A stretch of DNA of 53,360 bases from an uncultured Nitrososphaeraceae archaeon. GTDB lineage: Archaea; Thermoproteota; Nitrososphaeria; Nitrososphaerales; Nitrososphaeraceae. The DNA lies in assembly GCA_963729045.1 (NCBI GenBank), contig CAVSMN010000002.1, positions 1 through 53,360 on the forward strand, written 5' to 3'. The notes beneath the pieces were generated by a model. It saw only the letters and a program-made list of their open reading frames with translations, did no database searches and had not been told where the DNA came from. A program made the translations under genes and the position numbers. The number at the start of each line of letters is the position of its first letter. The first letter of the stretch is position 1. This document shows positions 1 to 11,406 of this stretch, piece after piece.

Positions 1-851
1 GAGGCCTCTTTGATTTTGGGTCTTCGAGTTCAGGGAAAGTAGTAAGTATTTCAGTCATTTCATTCCCTCTTTCTCCGCAACCAATGTAAACAATAACGCT
101 ACTGTCAGCCCATTTGGCAAGTTGTTGTTGGGTGACTGTTTTTCCACTGCCGAATGGTCCTGGAATTGCAGCAGTCCCACCCTTAGCAACAGGGAAGAAA
201 GTATCTAATACCCGTTGTCCTGTAAGCAAAGGTGATTCGGGTGGCAACTTTCTAAAAACTGGTCTAGGAGTTCTAACCATCCACCAGCTAGACAATCCCA
301 CAACTGATTTCCCGTTTGTTGTTTTTATTTCAGCTACATTCTCATTTACAGTATATTTACCCTCACTTATTTCAGATAATTTGCCGTTAATTCCAAAAGG
401 CACCATTATTTTATGATTAATTAAAGGTGTTTCTTGAACCTCACCTATTATTTCACCCTCTTGAACTTCATCATTTTTGTTTTTCCTTGGAATAAATTCC
501 CATTTAATGTGTTGATCTAACGCCGGAATTGTAACACCTCTTCCTATGAAATCTCCACTCTTTTCCCTTAAAACATCTAGAGGGCGTTGAATCCCGTCAT
601 AAATAGACTTTAAGTAATCCTGGTCCTAATTGCATGGACAAAGCTCTTTTAGTATTAATTACTTTTTCGCCTGGCCTAATTCCTGTAGTATCTTCATAAA
701 CCTGGATAGTAGCCTTATTTCCTTCCAAACGAATAATCTCTCCTAATAATCCTAAATCTCCAATGCGTACAACATGATACATCTCTGCATCTTCTACATC
801 AGTAGCCACAACTACTGACCCTGAAATACGTGACACAATTGAATTTGACAT
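1..851 (-). CDS. atpA: A/V-type ATP synthase subunit A, 5' part (runs off the window; +1 frameshift near 608)
   Basis: N-terminus ISGSVVVA...GEIIRLEG..ATIQVYEDTTGI. Removing one base gives GPGLLKSIYDGIQRPL, followed by TGQRVLDTFFP and Walker A PGPFGSGKT near 140-165. Confidence 0.95.
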
Positions 852-869
852 GTTTCCCTACTTTCCCTT

Positions 870-1214
870 TTATTTTCCCGTTTTAATACTTATCCCAAGC
901 ACTCGTTTTGCCAGAGCCGCAATAGATTCCTCATGAATAGTGCCCTGCAACGCAGGCATAAAAATAACCAGTGGATCTATCGATGATTCAATTTTTGATC
1001 TCGTCAATTGAGACAGTGAATCTTGTACGAATTGGCTTGCTATTATTAGATTATATTTGTGAGAGGCGAAAAGATTTTCCATTTTTTTTACTGCCTCATT
1101 TTTGTCATTAACTGTAAATGTATCTTCAACACCCAACAACCTATAACCCATAACTATTTCTCTTTCTCCTATTACTGCAATAGATTTAATATTTTCTTTT
1201 TTCTTACTTGACAT
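870..1214 (-). CDS. atpF: A/V-type ATP synthase subunit F
   Basis: IAVIGEREIVMGYRLLGV motif, C-terminal KRVLGI, and position just before atpA. Confidence 0.92.
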   Translation of the reverse strand: MSSKKKENIKSIAVIGEREIVMGYRLLGVEDTFTVNDKNEAVKKMENLFASHKYNLIIASQFVQDSLSQLTRSKIESSIDPLVIFMPALQGTIHEESIAALAKRVLGISIKTGK

Positions 1215-1222
1215 CTTTTATC

Positions 1223-2291
1223 TTACTCCACAACCAACAAAGAGTTAATGCGTTCTGGCGTCAAATTATATCGCTTACCATATGCAATCCTTTTGATATT
1301 GTCCCATTCAAATTCAGCAGTTATGATAAAGTAAAAAATTGTGCCAATTGACAATGCGATATTCTTTAATTTTCTTACATAATGTTTGTTTATGTATTTA
1401 TCCATGGCAACTTCAAAATCAATAAGGTTATGTGTTTTCAAATAATTATCTAAAAGATCATCAAATTTTATATGTTCATTAATCCTGTTTACAAAATCTT
1501 CAACGCTGTTTGATGAAAAAATTTCCAATAATTTTTCAATCGGAACTTTTCCCTCTTCGATAAGATGTTTTTTGACAATATCTCTATCAAGATTCGAATC
1601 TTTTCCTTTTAGCAGGGTCAATATATTTTTCTTATCTATTTGAGTACGAAACAGATCTCTTGCTATTCCCTCGTCACCTTGGAAAAATTTGATACTTTCT
1701 AGCAGGTTTATGTAATAAAATGACAAAAGTTCAGTCATCATAGGGCTTATATCAGATGTCTTTTGATACGTATCTAGATTTTGAATCAATATAGTCCCGT
1801 ACTTGTACTTTACTAATTGATTAACAACGCCTTCTACTGTTGGCTGAGATAATATAATTTTCATCTCGTCATGTGGAATATTACCTGCAGTGATTCCGGC
1901 CGGAAAATTACGACTGGATACCAAGAATGGTTCTGTTTCTGTAATTGTGCGCCCTATGACTTTGGATGACAGAATGAGTTCAATGTTATGTATATCCCAC
2001 TTTGAGAAATAGGCTCGGATAGCTTGCTTCCCACTGAAAGGAGTAGACTTCAAGCGCAATCTTATTGACTTCCACTAAATGTCGATTAATTGCGACTTCT
2101 AACAGTTCAGGTGGGGAGTAAAGAGCAGCGGCCCGGTCAATTTCAGGTCCATACCATGTTGATTCCAACATCCGTGCAACTTCTCCAACATCCTCTGCCT
2201 TAACTAGACTCTGAATAAAATCAGGTGATAGGAAATTGGTTGAGATTGCCTGCAATCTTCCAAAAGAAGAGGAGTACGATGATGTAGTCAT
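1223..2291 (-). CDS. atpC: A/V-type ATP synthase subunit C (+1 frameshift near 2050)
   Basis: Overlapping ORFs 1986-2291 and 1223-2059 join as IALKSTPFSG. Motifs KWDIHNIELIL and EFEWDNIKRIAYGK; lies between E and F. Confidence 0.9.
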
Positions 2292-2295
2292 TTTG

Positions 2296-2856
2296 TCAAA
2301 TCATTTTTTCATAAAGAAAGTTCTTAATTTCGTCTTCATGATTTTCCAATAGCTCCTCAAAAGTAAGATCTATTTCTCTACTCTGTGATTTGTCTACGGC
2401 TACAATCCCTCCCATAGTAGATATGCTAGATCCTATTGTAACCTTCTTTTCCTTCAAGTACGGAACGTCAGATTCCCTACATTTTATGATAATGTCATCA
2501 CCAAGGTATCTTTTTGCATATAGCACCATGTCCTCCAATGTTTTTTTGTAATCGGCCTTTTTGGTATTATTCTTCAACTCCTGCTTTATGGAGTCCAATG
2601 CAGTACTCATAGTCATATTAATTGCATCAAATAGAATTTTTTTTGCTTCCAATCGTGCACTTTCAGTGATTCTCGCAAATTCTCTCTGAGATTTATTCTC
2701 AGCTTCATTTTCATATTTTTCTTTTATTTCTGTTAGTTTTTCGTTTTTTATTTGGGCTACTCTATTTTTTTTTTCATCCAATAAAGAATTAAGGATAGCT
2801 AATTCTTTCCTTTTTCTATCCTGTATTTCTTCTTCAAATGTATTTAGGGCTGACAT
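2296..2856 (-). CDS. atpE: A/V-type ATP synthase subunit E
   Basis: Coiled-coil N-half and C-terminal MGGIVA...IDLTFEELL; operon position. Confidence 0.9.
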   Translation of the reverse strand: MSALNTFEEEIQDRKRKELAILNSLLDEKKNRVAQIKNEKLTEIKEKYENEAENKSQREFARITESARLEAKKILFDAINMTMSTALDSIKQELKNNTKKADYKKTLEDMVLYAKRYLGDDIIIKCRESDVPYLKEKKVTIGSSISTMGGIVAVDKSQSREIDLTFEELLENHEDEIKNFLYEKMI

Positions 2857-2872
2857 TTGATTTTTCTTAATC

Positions 2873-3214
2873 TTATAGTATTCCTAGTAATAGGATAATA
2901 CCAAGGACGAAACCAATGATCCATAGAGTTTCAGGGATTACGAAGAAGAATAGAACCTGACCAAATTTTTCAGGTTTTTCTGCAATTATACCCATACCGG
3001 CTGCACCGATTCCTTGTTGGGCATTTCCAGTTCCTATCAATCCTCCTGCTATAGCAATTGCAGCAGCAATAGCTACTAAGGATTTATTTAAACCGGCATC
3101 TCCAGTCGCGTTTTCTTGTGCAAAAGCTTGGGGGGTCAAGAGCGTAAAAGCCAACAATGCAGCGCCTGCTATTACAGGTATCATAAACAACTTTGAATAA
3201 CGAGATTGTTTCAT
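2873..3214 (-). CDS. atpK: A/V-type ATP synthase proteolipid subunit K (c), single hairpin with signal peptide
   Basis: GIGAAGMGIIAEKPEKFG loop, ion-binding IPET, and a signal peptide ending AFA. Confidence 0.93.
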   Translation of the reverse strand: MKQSRYSKLFMIPVIAGAALLAFTLLTPQAFAQENATGDAGLNKSLVAIAAAIAIAGGLIGTGNAQQGIGAAGMGIIAEKPEKFGQVLFFFVIPETLWIIGFVLGIILLLGIL

Positions 3215-3237
3215 TAATAATTAAAGACCTGCGGTGG

Positions 3238-3256
3238 CATATTAATAGGTTTTTTT
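3238..3256 (-). promoter_or_regulatory. Probable BRE/TATA promoter of the atp operon
   Basis: Minus strand AAAAAAACC-TATTAATA lies about 25-33 nt upstream of the atpK ATG, consistent with a near-leaderless transcript. Confidence 0.5.
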
Positions 3257-3764
3257 AAAATAATCCAAAATTCTTTGAGTTTTGTTAGATTATGTAATTA
3301 TACATACTAAATTTCTGAAATTTGTGAATTTAATGGTTCTAATATTTAGATTGAGGTGAAACTAAAATGAAAGTAAATTTCGGTCTTTACAAAAGGAGGT
3401 GAGCAAAGGTAAAATTATATCAAATTGATCTCAATTTCCAGATAATACCAATATTATATCCTTATGAAAAACTATCAGCAAAGATACTACTTTGAAACGG
3501 ATATCAGCTTTGATAATAAGAAAGATAGTCCCACGAAGGTATTTGTATCGAAAGTCATAAATCAATAGATCTGAAAAAGCCCCTATTCAGATGATTAAGG
3601 TATTAAAATCATTGTCACATTTAGTCAATTCTTTATTTAAGCCAAACCCGGTGAAAAATCATCAATTTTGGTCTGAAAGAAATTATCCTCGAAGTTTCGC
3701 GTTAGGCAAAATATTGCTAAATAAATTGATTTGTATAAAATAATCTTTTATTAAATAACTTGAC

Positions 3765-4703
3765 TTGATAATTTATAGAACGATCTTGTTAAGAAGTATC
3801 CTCGGGCTAATCATCCTATCAATTATTAGACGGAATGAACATGACATTGTGAATGTATATGATACATTCTCAAATCTAATGAGAATTGCTACTGGAGGGA
3901 GGCTACTAAATTTTGGATACTGGACAAAGGATATCACAAGCCCACTCCAAGCACAGATACAACTTACAAAATTATTTGGAATTTACGGATCTTTTGATAC
4001 CGCTCAAACACTATTAGATGTAGGAAGTGGTTTCTCCATTCCGGCACTACATTGGATTCATAGTTATTCTAATCTCAAAATATATTGCTTAAACATTAGT
4101 CTAAAACAACTAAAAAGTGCAAATTCTGACATGGGCAGAATTCAACATTCAAAAGATGCCAACTTAAACCTAAACTCGACTGGAAATATTGGTAATAGAA
4201 TATTTCACATTAATTCAACTTCAACATCAATGCCGATTAGAAATGAGAGTGTGGACAGGATAGCTGCATTTGAATCAGCGCAGCATTTTAAGCCGATCGC
4301 CCAATTTATACATGAATCAAAACGTATCCTAAAGAATTCAGGACAGCTTATTATGGCTATGCCAGTCATAACCAATAAATCAGATCTAATGCCATTTTCC
4401 AAAAGTTATAACCTCGGAATACTTGCAGTAACGTGGGCCTCTGAACATTATAGCGTTAACATGTTGGAATCCTTGTTACTTAAGGATGACTTTGAATTAT
4501 CAAATATAGAGTATATCGGAGGGAAGATCTATGGACCATTGGCCGAATTCTATATACAAAATCGCGATAGATTAAAGTCTGAAATAACCAAAGAATACCC
4601 CAAGTTTCTTGAAATAATTCTTTATAAATCCATGGTAAAGATGAAGATGGAATCTGACAGAAATTTTATTGATTATGTTTTAATAAAGGCCACAAAGAGA
4701 TAA
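3765..4703 (+). CDS. Class I SAM-dependent methyltransferase (sterol/tocopherol/EryG-like) with hydrophobic N-terminus
   Basis: LLNFGYW, LLDVGSG (motif I), VDRIAAFESAQHF and RILKNSG. Confidence 0.85.
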   Translation: MIIYRTILLRSILGLIILSIIRRNEHDIVNVYDTFSNLMRIATGGRLLNFGYWTKDITSPLQAQIQLTKLFGIYGSFDTAQTLLDVGSGFSIPALHWIHSYSNLKIYCLNISLKQLKSANSDMGRIQHSKDANLNLNSTGNIGNRIFHINSTSTSMPIRNESVDRIAAFESAQHFKPIAQFIHESKRILKNSGQLIMAMPVITNKSDLMPFSKSYNLGILAVTWASEHYSVNMLESLLLKDDFELSNIEYIGGKIYGPLAEFYIQNRDRLKSEITKEYPKFLEIILYKSMVKMKMESDRNFIDYVLIKATKR

Positions 4704-5002
4704 AGAATTTCAAACCAATGTTATCGTAATTAGCAAAATTGACACCCTAATTGGAGAAGAATTGGGTCGAAATTACAAAATTATCTTTCAAAAATTAATC
4801 AAAAAAACCAGAAGTTAGTAAATATCCCTGAAATACTAGCACTATGTAAAAAGAAGGCAAGCCAGGACGAACCTGAATGTGCAAATTAATATCACATTCC
4901 TGACCTTGATAGTCAGTGATAATAAATCAACATGCCTATTCTAAATTCTCAGCAAGTATAACTTCAAATAAACTTGTAGATAATATCAAATAGAAGTTAA
5001 TT

Positions 5003-5948
5003 TTGGCCCATTCAAGATCTGATTCATGTATATCGGTATCCCAGTTAAAAAAAAAATACGGTGATAAGACTGCGCTAGATGGGGTATCTTTCGAGGTTAA
5101 TTACGGGAAGGTTTTTGGATTCTTGGGTCCAAATGGTGCTGGTAAAAGTACAACTATAAAAATCCTCACAACTCTACTATTACCTTCATCTGGAAATGTA
5201 AAGATTTTTGGTTTGGATGTTAACAAATCTTCCTCAGCGATCAGGAAGAGAATAGGAGTTGTATCTCAACAACCTAGCTCAGAGGCAAACCTAACCGTGG
5301 AAAGGGCTATGGACTTGTATGGATTAATGTGGGGAATAGAACGAACCAAAAGGAAAGAGAAAATCACTGAAATAATTAATTCATTTGATCTGCAAGAAAT
5401 TAGAAATGTTAAAAATGACGAATTGTCAATTGGCCAAAAAAGACGAGGTACAAGTTGCTAGAGAATTCATTCATGAAATGGACCTCTTGTTTCTAGACGA
5501 ACCTACGGTTGGACTGGACCCTACAGCTCGTAGAGTGTTACTAGATTATATAAAAAACCAAGTGAAATCAGGACTTACCGTATTTTTTACAACTCACATT
5601 ATGGAGGAGGCTGAGTATTTGTGTGACAATATAGCGATCATTAATAGAGGCAAAATAATCGCCTTTGATACCCCTTTAGGCCTGAAAAAAAAATATGGTA
5701 AAGAAAACATAATCCAAATCCAGGTAAAGGAAAAGATTTCTGAGTTAATATTGAAATTGGCATCAAACGTTTCGCCTAATTCCCAAATTATTAAGGATGG
5801 GGAAAATGGCTTGAAAATAACCTCAATAGATCCCCAGAACACCTTAACAAAATTAATTGAAAACTTTACACTAAAAGGGATAAAAATAATTAATGTGTCA
5901 ATTAGTTCGCCCTCGTTGGAAGATGTGTTTTTGACAATGGTAAAATAA
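5003..5948 (+). CDS. ABC-2 exporter ATP-binding subunit, DrrA-like (+1 frameshift near 5447)
   Basis: GPNGAGKST, LSIGQKRR(VQVARE) after repair, LFLDEPTVGLD, TTH and C-terminal PSLEDVFL. Confidence 0.92.
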
Positions 5949-5963
5949 ATGGAATGTTATTGG

Positions 5964-6759
5964 CTAGACCTTAATCCTCAACATAGAAACTGCAGCAACA
6001 GAGAAAGCAACTATATGCTAGAATAGTAATTATGATTACTTCAAGGTTAACAAAGTCTGATACTTGAGCGTAGACTCCGGCACGGGTTATGTCGACTATG
6101 TAGGTCAACGGATTCATATAGAAAGCTGTTTTCAGAGGTTCAGGAATGCCTTCTGCCGGGTAAAAGGTTGTACTTGCAAAAGCGAAAAATAGGAAAATGC
6201 CGTTGCTTATCACATTGAATCCTTCACTACTCTTCAACCTTGTTGAAATTATAACGGTAAACGATCCAAAAAAGATCGCCCCTATGATAATGGCATACAG
6301 AGTATACGGTATGCTCCATAAAGTAGGGTGGGCACTCCCAAGTACTGTAGGAAGTCCAATTATCAAGATTAATACGGCACTTGTCAACCCCATTAGCATG
6401 ATCGTTACCAAATTACTAAATATGTATTGGACCTTGGTAAAGGGCATTACCAATATTTGTTGGAACATACCATTCCTCTTATCGGTCCAAATAATACTTC
6501 CGGCTACCGTACTGCTATTCATTACATTGAACCCAATCATCCCGACAGCTAAAAATGACGGATAACTAACTAAAATATCCCCCACTCGTATCCCTTGATT
6601 TCCCAGCAACGCAGAATAAGCATATCCAGATATGAAAATATAAAAAATTGGAAATATAATCTGCCAGATTAGGAAGACTTTATCAATAGATGCGATTAAA
6701 TTTCTATAAGTCAATACAAGAATTTCAGTAATCATCATCCATAGACCGGAGTGATTCAT
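5964..6759 (-). CDS. ABC-2 type permease (+1 frameshift near 6015; repaired end IVAFSVAAVSMLRIKV*)
   Basis: Six TM segments, with motifs DKRNGMFQQILVMP, STTFYP and NPLTYIVD. Confidence 0.9.
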
Positions 6760-7103
6760 TTATAATCTTAATTCATGATTTAATCCAAACTAGGTAGAGT
6801 TTTGAAATGCGTTTGATAAGTCACATAGTTTTATTCTTTTGAATAAATCTTGATGATTGTGAGGTTTTTCATGTTTTCTAGCCTCAAAAGCCACAAAAAA
6901 CTTTGCAGATTCTTGTAAGATAATCACATTTATTATAATAAAAAAATAGCATGGTTATTTCAAAAGGTGAATACATGAGTTAAGAAAATAAATTATTTTC
7001 AATTTATTCGCCCAATAAATGGATTGAATTTCATAATTGAGAGTAAAATCATTATTTAAATAACGTCTAATTTTATTTTAGACTATGTCTACATCAACAC
7101 AAA

Positions 7104-7718
7104 ATGAGTCACCAAAAGATATTGCACATCCCTGAAAACAAAGATGAGCAAAAACAATTAACGAATTTAAAACAATCTAAATTTACAGAGTTAACAAGTT
7201 GGCTTCAAAGTTGGGGGTATAAGGTCGTAGACAAATCTGATAATGTTAATGTCGAAGGGATAGAATTTCAAGCAGAGATAACACCTCAAGTTCCATACTC
7301 CTCCGGATTAAGCACCCCTTTTTATTTGGAATTTCAGGACGATTTAAGCGATGGATTCATCTTGAGAACAACATTTGAACTTGACAAAAATATAGAAATA
7401 CATTTAAACACCCAATCTAGGGCAAGAGAAATTGAACTAACCTATATTGAAATAAATCAAATGATACTACCTATGAAGGTTTCTATTATAAGGGATCATC
7501 CTTTTATTAAATTATACAAAGTGGTTTTTACCAATGGGCTAGATAAGCAATATTTTTTGGATTGCATAACTGATTTGATGAATTCGATGTCATTAATAAT
7601 TGGCAAGTGGGATGAAAAGTATTACAGTGTTCCCCCTAAGGAAACCCTAAGGAAACCAAAGGAGAAAAAGGAAAAAAAAATTGATGACTTAGAATTAGAG
7701 GAAATACTAAATGGTTGA
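7104..7718 (+). CDS. Hypothetical protein, DUF2299/YbjN-like; paralog of 29086-29571 and 36537-37001
   Basis: Long ORF sharing the pattern WL..(W/Y/S)G/N(Y/F)...E(F/Y).A....(L/F)E....DGF(I/L)LR. Confidence 0.65.
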   Translation: MSHQKILHIPENKDEQKQLTNLKQSKFTELTSWLQSWGYKVVDKSDNVNVEGIEFQAEITPQVPYSSGLSTPFYLEFQDDLSDGFILRTTFELDKNIEIHLNTQSRAREIELTYIEINQMILPMKVSIIRDHPFIKLYKVVFTNGLDKQYFLDCITDLMNSMSLIIGKWDEKYYSVPPKETLRKPKEKKEKKIDDLELEEILNG

Positions 7719-8048
7719 AAGGTTGGCAACCCCAATCTCCATTTCATTCAGATAATCCCAAATTTTGAGGTCATATTTCGTTAAATAGTCTTCCTATTGG
7801 ATGTTATCCATAGTTATAATTAGTTTAAAATGGATAGATTACTTTTTTTGAAAATCCGGGCATCATGCAGGTATTTATTTCTCCACGGAACCCAACAACA
7901 AGTTTCAAGTATTATCCGGCCATCCATGGGATCCAACGATTGGTATTCGAAGTGTTAGTTGGAATTTATTTATAGACCATGATTGAATTAAATAACAAGT
8001 TTAATAAATAATAGGATAGAGATAATTCTAATAAGCTGATTTGGAAAA

Positions 8049-8444
8049 ATGGATCATTATGAAATATTAGGGATTGCTAGTAACGCTTCGTCAAGAGAAA
8101 TAACGTTTGCTTATAGAAGGTTAGCTTTGCAATACCATCCAGATCGAAATAAAACTCCTCTTGCAAATGATATGATGTTAAGGATTAACACTTCTTATAG
8201 TATACTTTCCGACCCAAACAAGAGAAGAGAATACGATGCGTCTAGAAATAGAACCGAAATTCAATACGCAAAGTACGATTCTAAAGATAAAACAGATATT
8301 TTCAATGAATCATTTGCTAAAAAAGGTAAAAAAGCATCAAATAGCTCGTTTAGAAAAAAATACATCAAGTATGGGCTTATCGCACTGCTAACCTTAAAAT
8401 TTGTAATTTTAGAACTTAGAAAATTGATGCGACGAATATTCTAA
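8049..8444 (+). CDS. J-domain protein with C-terminal hydrophobic anchor
   Basis: DHYEILGI...AYRRLALQYHPDRN...YSILSDP.KRREYD, then YGLIALLTLKFVIL. Confidence 0.92.
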   Translation: MDHYEILGIASNASSREITFAYRRLALQYHPDRNKTPLANDMMLRINTSYSILSDPNKRREYDASRNRTEIQYAKYDSKDKTDIFNESFAKKGKKASNSSFRKKYIKYGLIALLTLKFVILELRKLMRRIF

Positions 8445-8862
8445 AGTTGATGACAAGATATCAAAAGTTGATGCTTGGGTTCCAATATGAGATAGCCGAG
8501 AAGTGGTATATTTAGGCATAAAGGGTTAATTAAAACTCGGGTTGATTGCAGCTTTAGATAATCAATAATATAGTTTGCAATCTTCCTCTGTGTTTATCTG
8601 AATCCATACTTACTGTCAAACCAATTTACTGACTTGATATCAGATAATTATACATCTATGACCATACCAAATGTAATGGCCATGAATGCTGCTCTTAGAT
8701 CGGGATAAGATATCACTTTTTCATTGTTCGATTCGTAAACTGATTGTAAGTTCATATAGGAAAAATATTTTTAGAATTTATAAAATTAAAGTGCGCTCAA
8801 TTATTTAGATTGCTTAGTCGTATCAATAAAAAGTGCTGTTTTTTGAGCAATTAAAAGGAGGT

Positions 8863-10568
8863 TTATTGTTTAGTTATGGTGGGTAAAATATTAGTTGCAA
8901 TATCCTCCAAGTACATCTGTATATGGGGTTCTATATTCCAGATTTTCTCACTCTCAAACAAATGCCCGTAACGTTGAGAACTCCCCATCAATTCCCTTTT
9001 CCCTAATTTATCTAAGATAGCTACTCTTGACACTGGTCTCACTGAATCCATTCTTCCTAGCGAGAGAATCTAAAAGATTGTGGATTCCTGAGCCATGTTG
9101 AGCTGCCTCCTTAATCCTATATGCAATTTCCTTCGGAATCCCCAATTTTTCAGCTAGTCTACGATGAACTCTTTTTCCTAAGTTGTCATATAAATCAATA
9201 CCCCCATTTTGGATATTTAGTCTCGGGTCGATTCTCAATACAGTATCAATTAAGTGGGGATCAAGAAATGGTTCTCGCAATTCTACGCTCTGTGACATAG
9301 TTATCTTATCTTCCCTCTCAAGTGTTTCCTTGTATAATAACTTCACATCCTTAATCATGTACTCTAGTATCTTGTCATATCCATATTTTTTGTACAATCT
9401 TAGAATACCATGAATAGCCGCCAAAAATCTCATCGGCGCCCTGACCTGTAAGCATGACCCTAATTCCTTGCTCCCGTGCTAGTTTTACTGCCGCATAAAT
9501 TGGGATTGCAACCTCAACTTGACCCATATTATCATCTTCAATCACATTTATGATCTCAGGTATCATTTTTTCAACGTCATTTTCGGACAATTGATTAATC
9601 TCCAAATGAAGATCCAGTTTTTCTGCTATATCTATAGAATTTGTAATATCATTTGAATTCTTAATTCCAGATGTATAACAAATGACATCAGGAACCATTT
9701 GTTTTGCCAAGTATGCAACGATAACACTATCAATTCCACCAGAAAAGACAATACCTATTCGGCTGAAATCCCTTACCCGTTTTTCAACAGATTGGATTAA
9801 AGCATCATTGTAGGCATCCAGAGCAGAATCAATATCTTTATAGGTTATTGGATATTTAGTCCGAATTGACTTACTGGTATTGACCGTTATAGGGTGCAAA
9901 GATGTATCGTAAGTATGCTCGTTTCCTGTTTTAGAAATAGCCAAGGCATATCCCGGTAATAGCCTTTCTATCTTGCTAAACATATTGATATTCCATAAGG
10001 CTTTCTTTTCTGATCCAAATGCGATAAATCGGTCATTTTCACCATAATAAATTTGCCTTACCCCGATACCATCTCTCACTAGGATGATATTGCCAGTTGA
10101 TTGTTCTCGTATGGCTAAAACATAAATTCCGTCAAGTTGAAAAACGGTCCTTTTTACTGCCTCTAACAAATTACCTTTTGTTTTCTCATAATGATCCTCT
10201 ATCAGATGTATGACAACTTCACTGTCAGTAGAGGTGGTAAATTTATGACGGCCTTCAAGACTTTTCCTCAGTTCTCTATAATTATAAATCTCCCCATTGT
10301 GTTCCAAAACCAGTTTTTTGTCACAGCTTATAAAAGGCTGTGAACCACATGACCCACCAACTATTGCTAATCGAGAGTGTCCGAGTACGTTGTATGCATT
10401 GGCCTGTGAAAAAAATAATTTATCAAATGTATTTGAGTATACTATCTCATCTTCGGTAGCCAATCCAACTCCGTCAGGTCCTCTATTTTTCATACATGTT
10501 AACATTTTTTCAATTAACGGTGCTACGTTCTCTCCTTTCTTACTTAATATTCCTACAATTCCACACAT
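8863..10568 (-). CDS. asnB: Asparagine synthase B-family glutamine amidotransferase (two +1 frameshifts, near 9388 and 9013)
   Basis: MCGIVG Ntn nucleophile, RGPDG, HSRLAIV, HNGEIYNY, FSGGIDS, LTGQGADEIFGGY and LREPFLD. Confidence 0.93.
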
Positions 10569-10654
10569 TTTAAAAAATTCCTAAACAATTACTATTGTAT
10601 AACAAGATATAATAATAACCTCATTACTCAAATTTAAGTATTACACTTTATATA

Positions 10655-11309
10655 CTACATATAATTTAGCACTTCAATAAGATCAGGGTTGTGAATAATG
10701 TTTTTACTTTGTTTGATGATATCTTGGTCTTTTGGCATAAAAACAATGCCCAAGCCAGCTTGCTTTATCATGCATATATCTCCCCTCGTGTCCCCGATGG
10801 CAATTGTATCTCTAATTTGAACACCATACTTTGTAGCATAATGATTCAAGTGAAATCTGTTTGCAAATGGATATGTTACACGGACATCCAATTTTCTCCC
10901 ACCCAAGAGGCATGACGATTTCACCGGTGATAATCCCGTCTTTAACAATTAATTCATTGGCCGAACAAAAATCCAAATCAAGTTTTTTTGCAACAACTCG
11001 AGCCGCAATGCTGTAACTATCGGTTATAATGCCTGTCTTATACCCATTTTTCCTAAACCATGTCACAATTTTATCTGCGTTATGCATTATTGGGATAGAA
11101 TTAATTGAATCAACTATCTCACTCTCTTTGATACCCTTGAGAAGGGAGGCTATTAATCGGGTTTTCTGATATCCCAAAAGAGAGGGGTCAGATTGAATCG
11201 AACTTACTTTGTCGGTTAACTTAAATTTTCTAGAAATTACTTCTATTAATCTTCCTTGAATCAAAGTGCCATCCATGTCGAATGCTACAAGTTTTGGTTT
11301 CACAGTCAT
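10655..11309 (-). CDS. HAD-superfamily phosphatase, SerB-like (+1 frameshift near 10858); candidate mannosyl-3-phosphoglycerate phosphatase
   Basis: FDMDGTL (motif I), IITDSY, K of motif III in ISICKRFHL after repair, and AIGDTRGDICMI (motif IV). Confidence 0.88.
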
Positions 11310-11406
11310 AGTCGGTAATAAATAATATAATGAGAAGGGTATTATTATGTGCTCACCCATAAGTTTTGTGGAATAGGTATTATTATAAGCTAAATTATAA
11401 TTAGGT

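Noticed and set aside
114..416. Plus-strand 100-aa ORF and similar antisense ORFs (6197, 9183, 10297, 15333, 19618, 41453, 47233)
   Set aside because: They lie opposite well-supported genes and have no motifs of their own.
597..2291. Programmed frameshifting or pseudogenisation of atpA/atpC
   Set aside because: There is no consistent slippery site, and the same +1 pattern recurs in unrelated genes across the window.
8480..8755. Short minus-strand ORF MNLQSVYESNNEKVISYPDLRAAFMA...
   Set aside because: It stops after 35 codons and no frame repair gives a recognisable protein; possibly a remnant, but unsupported.
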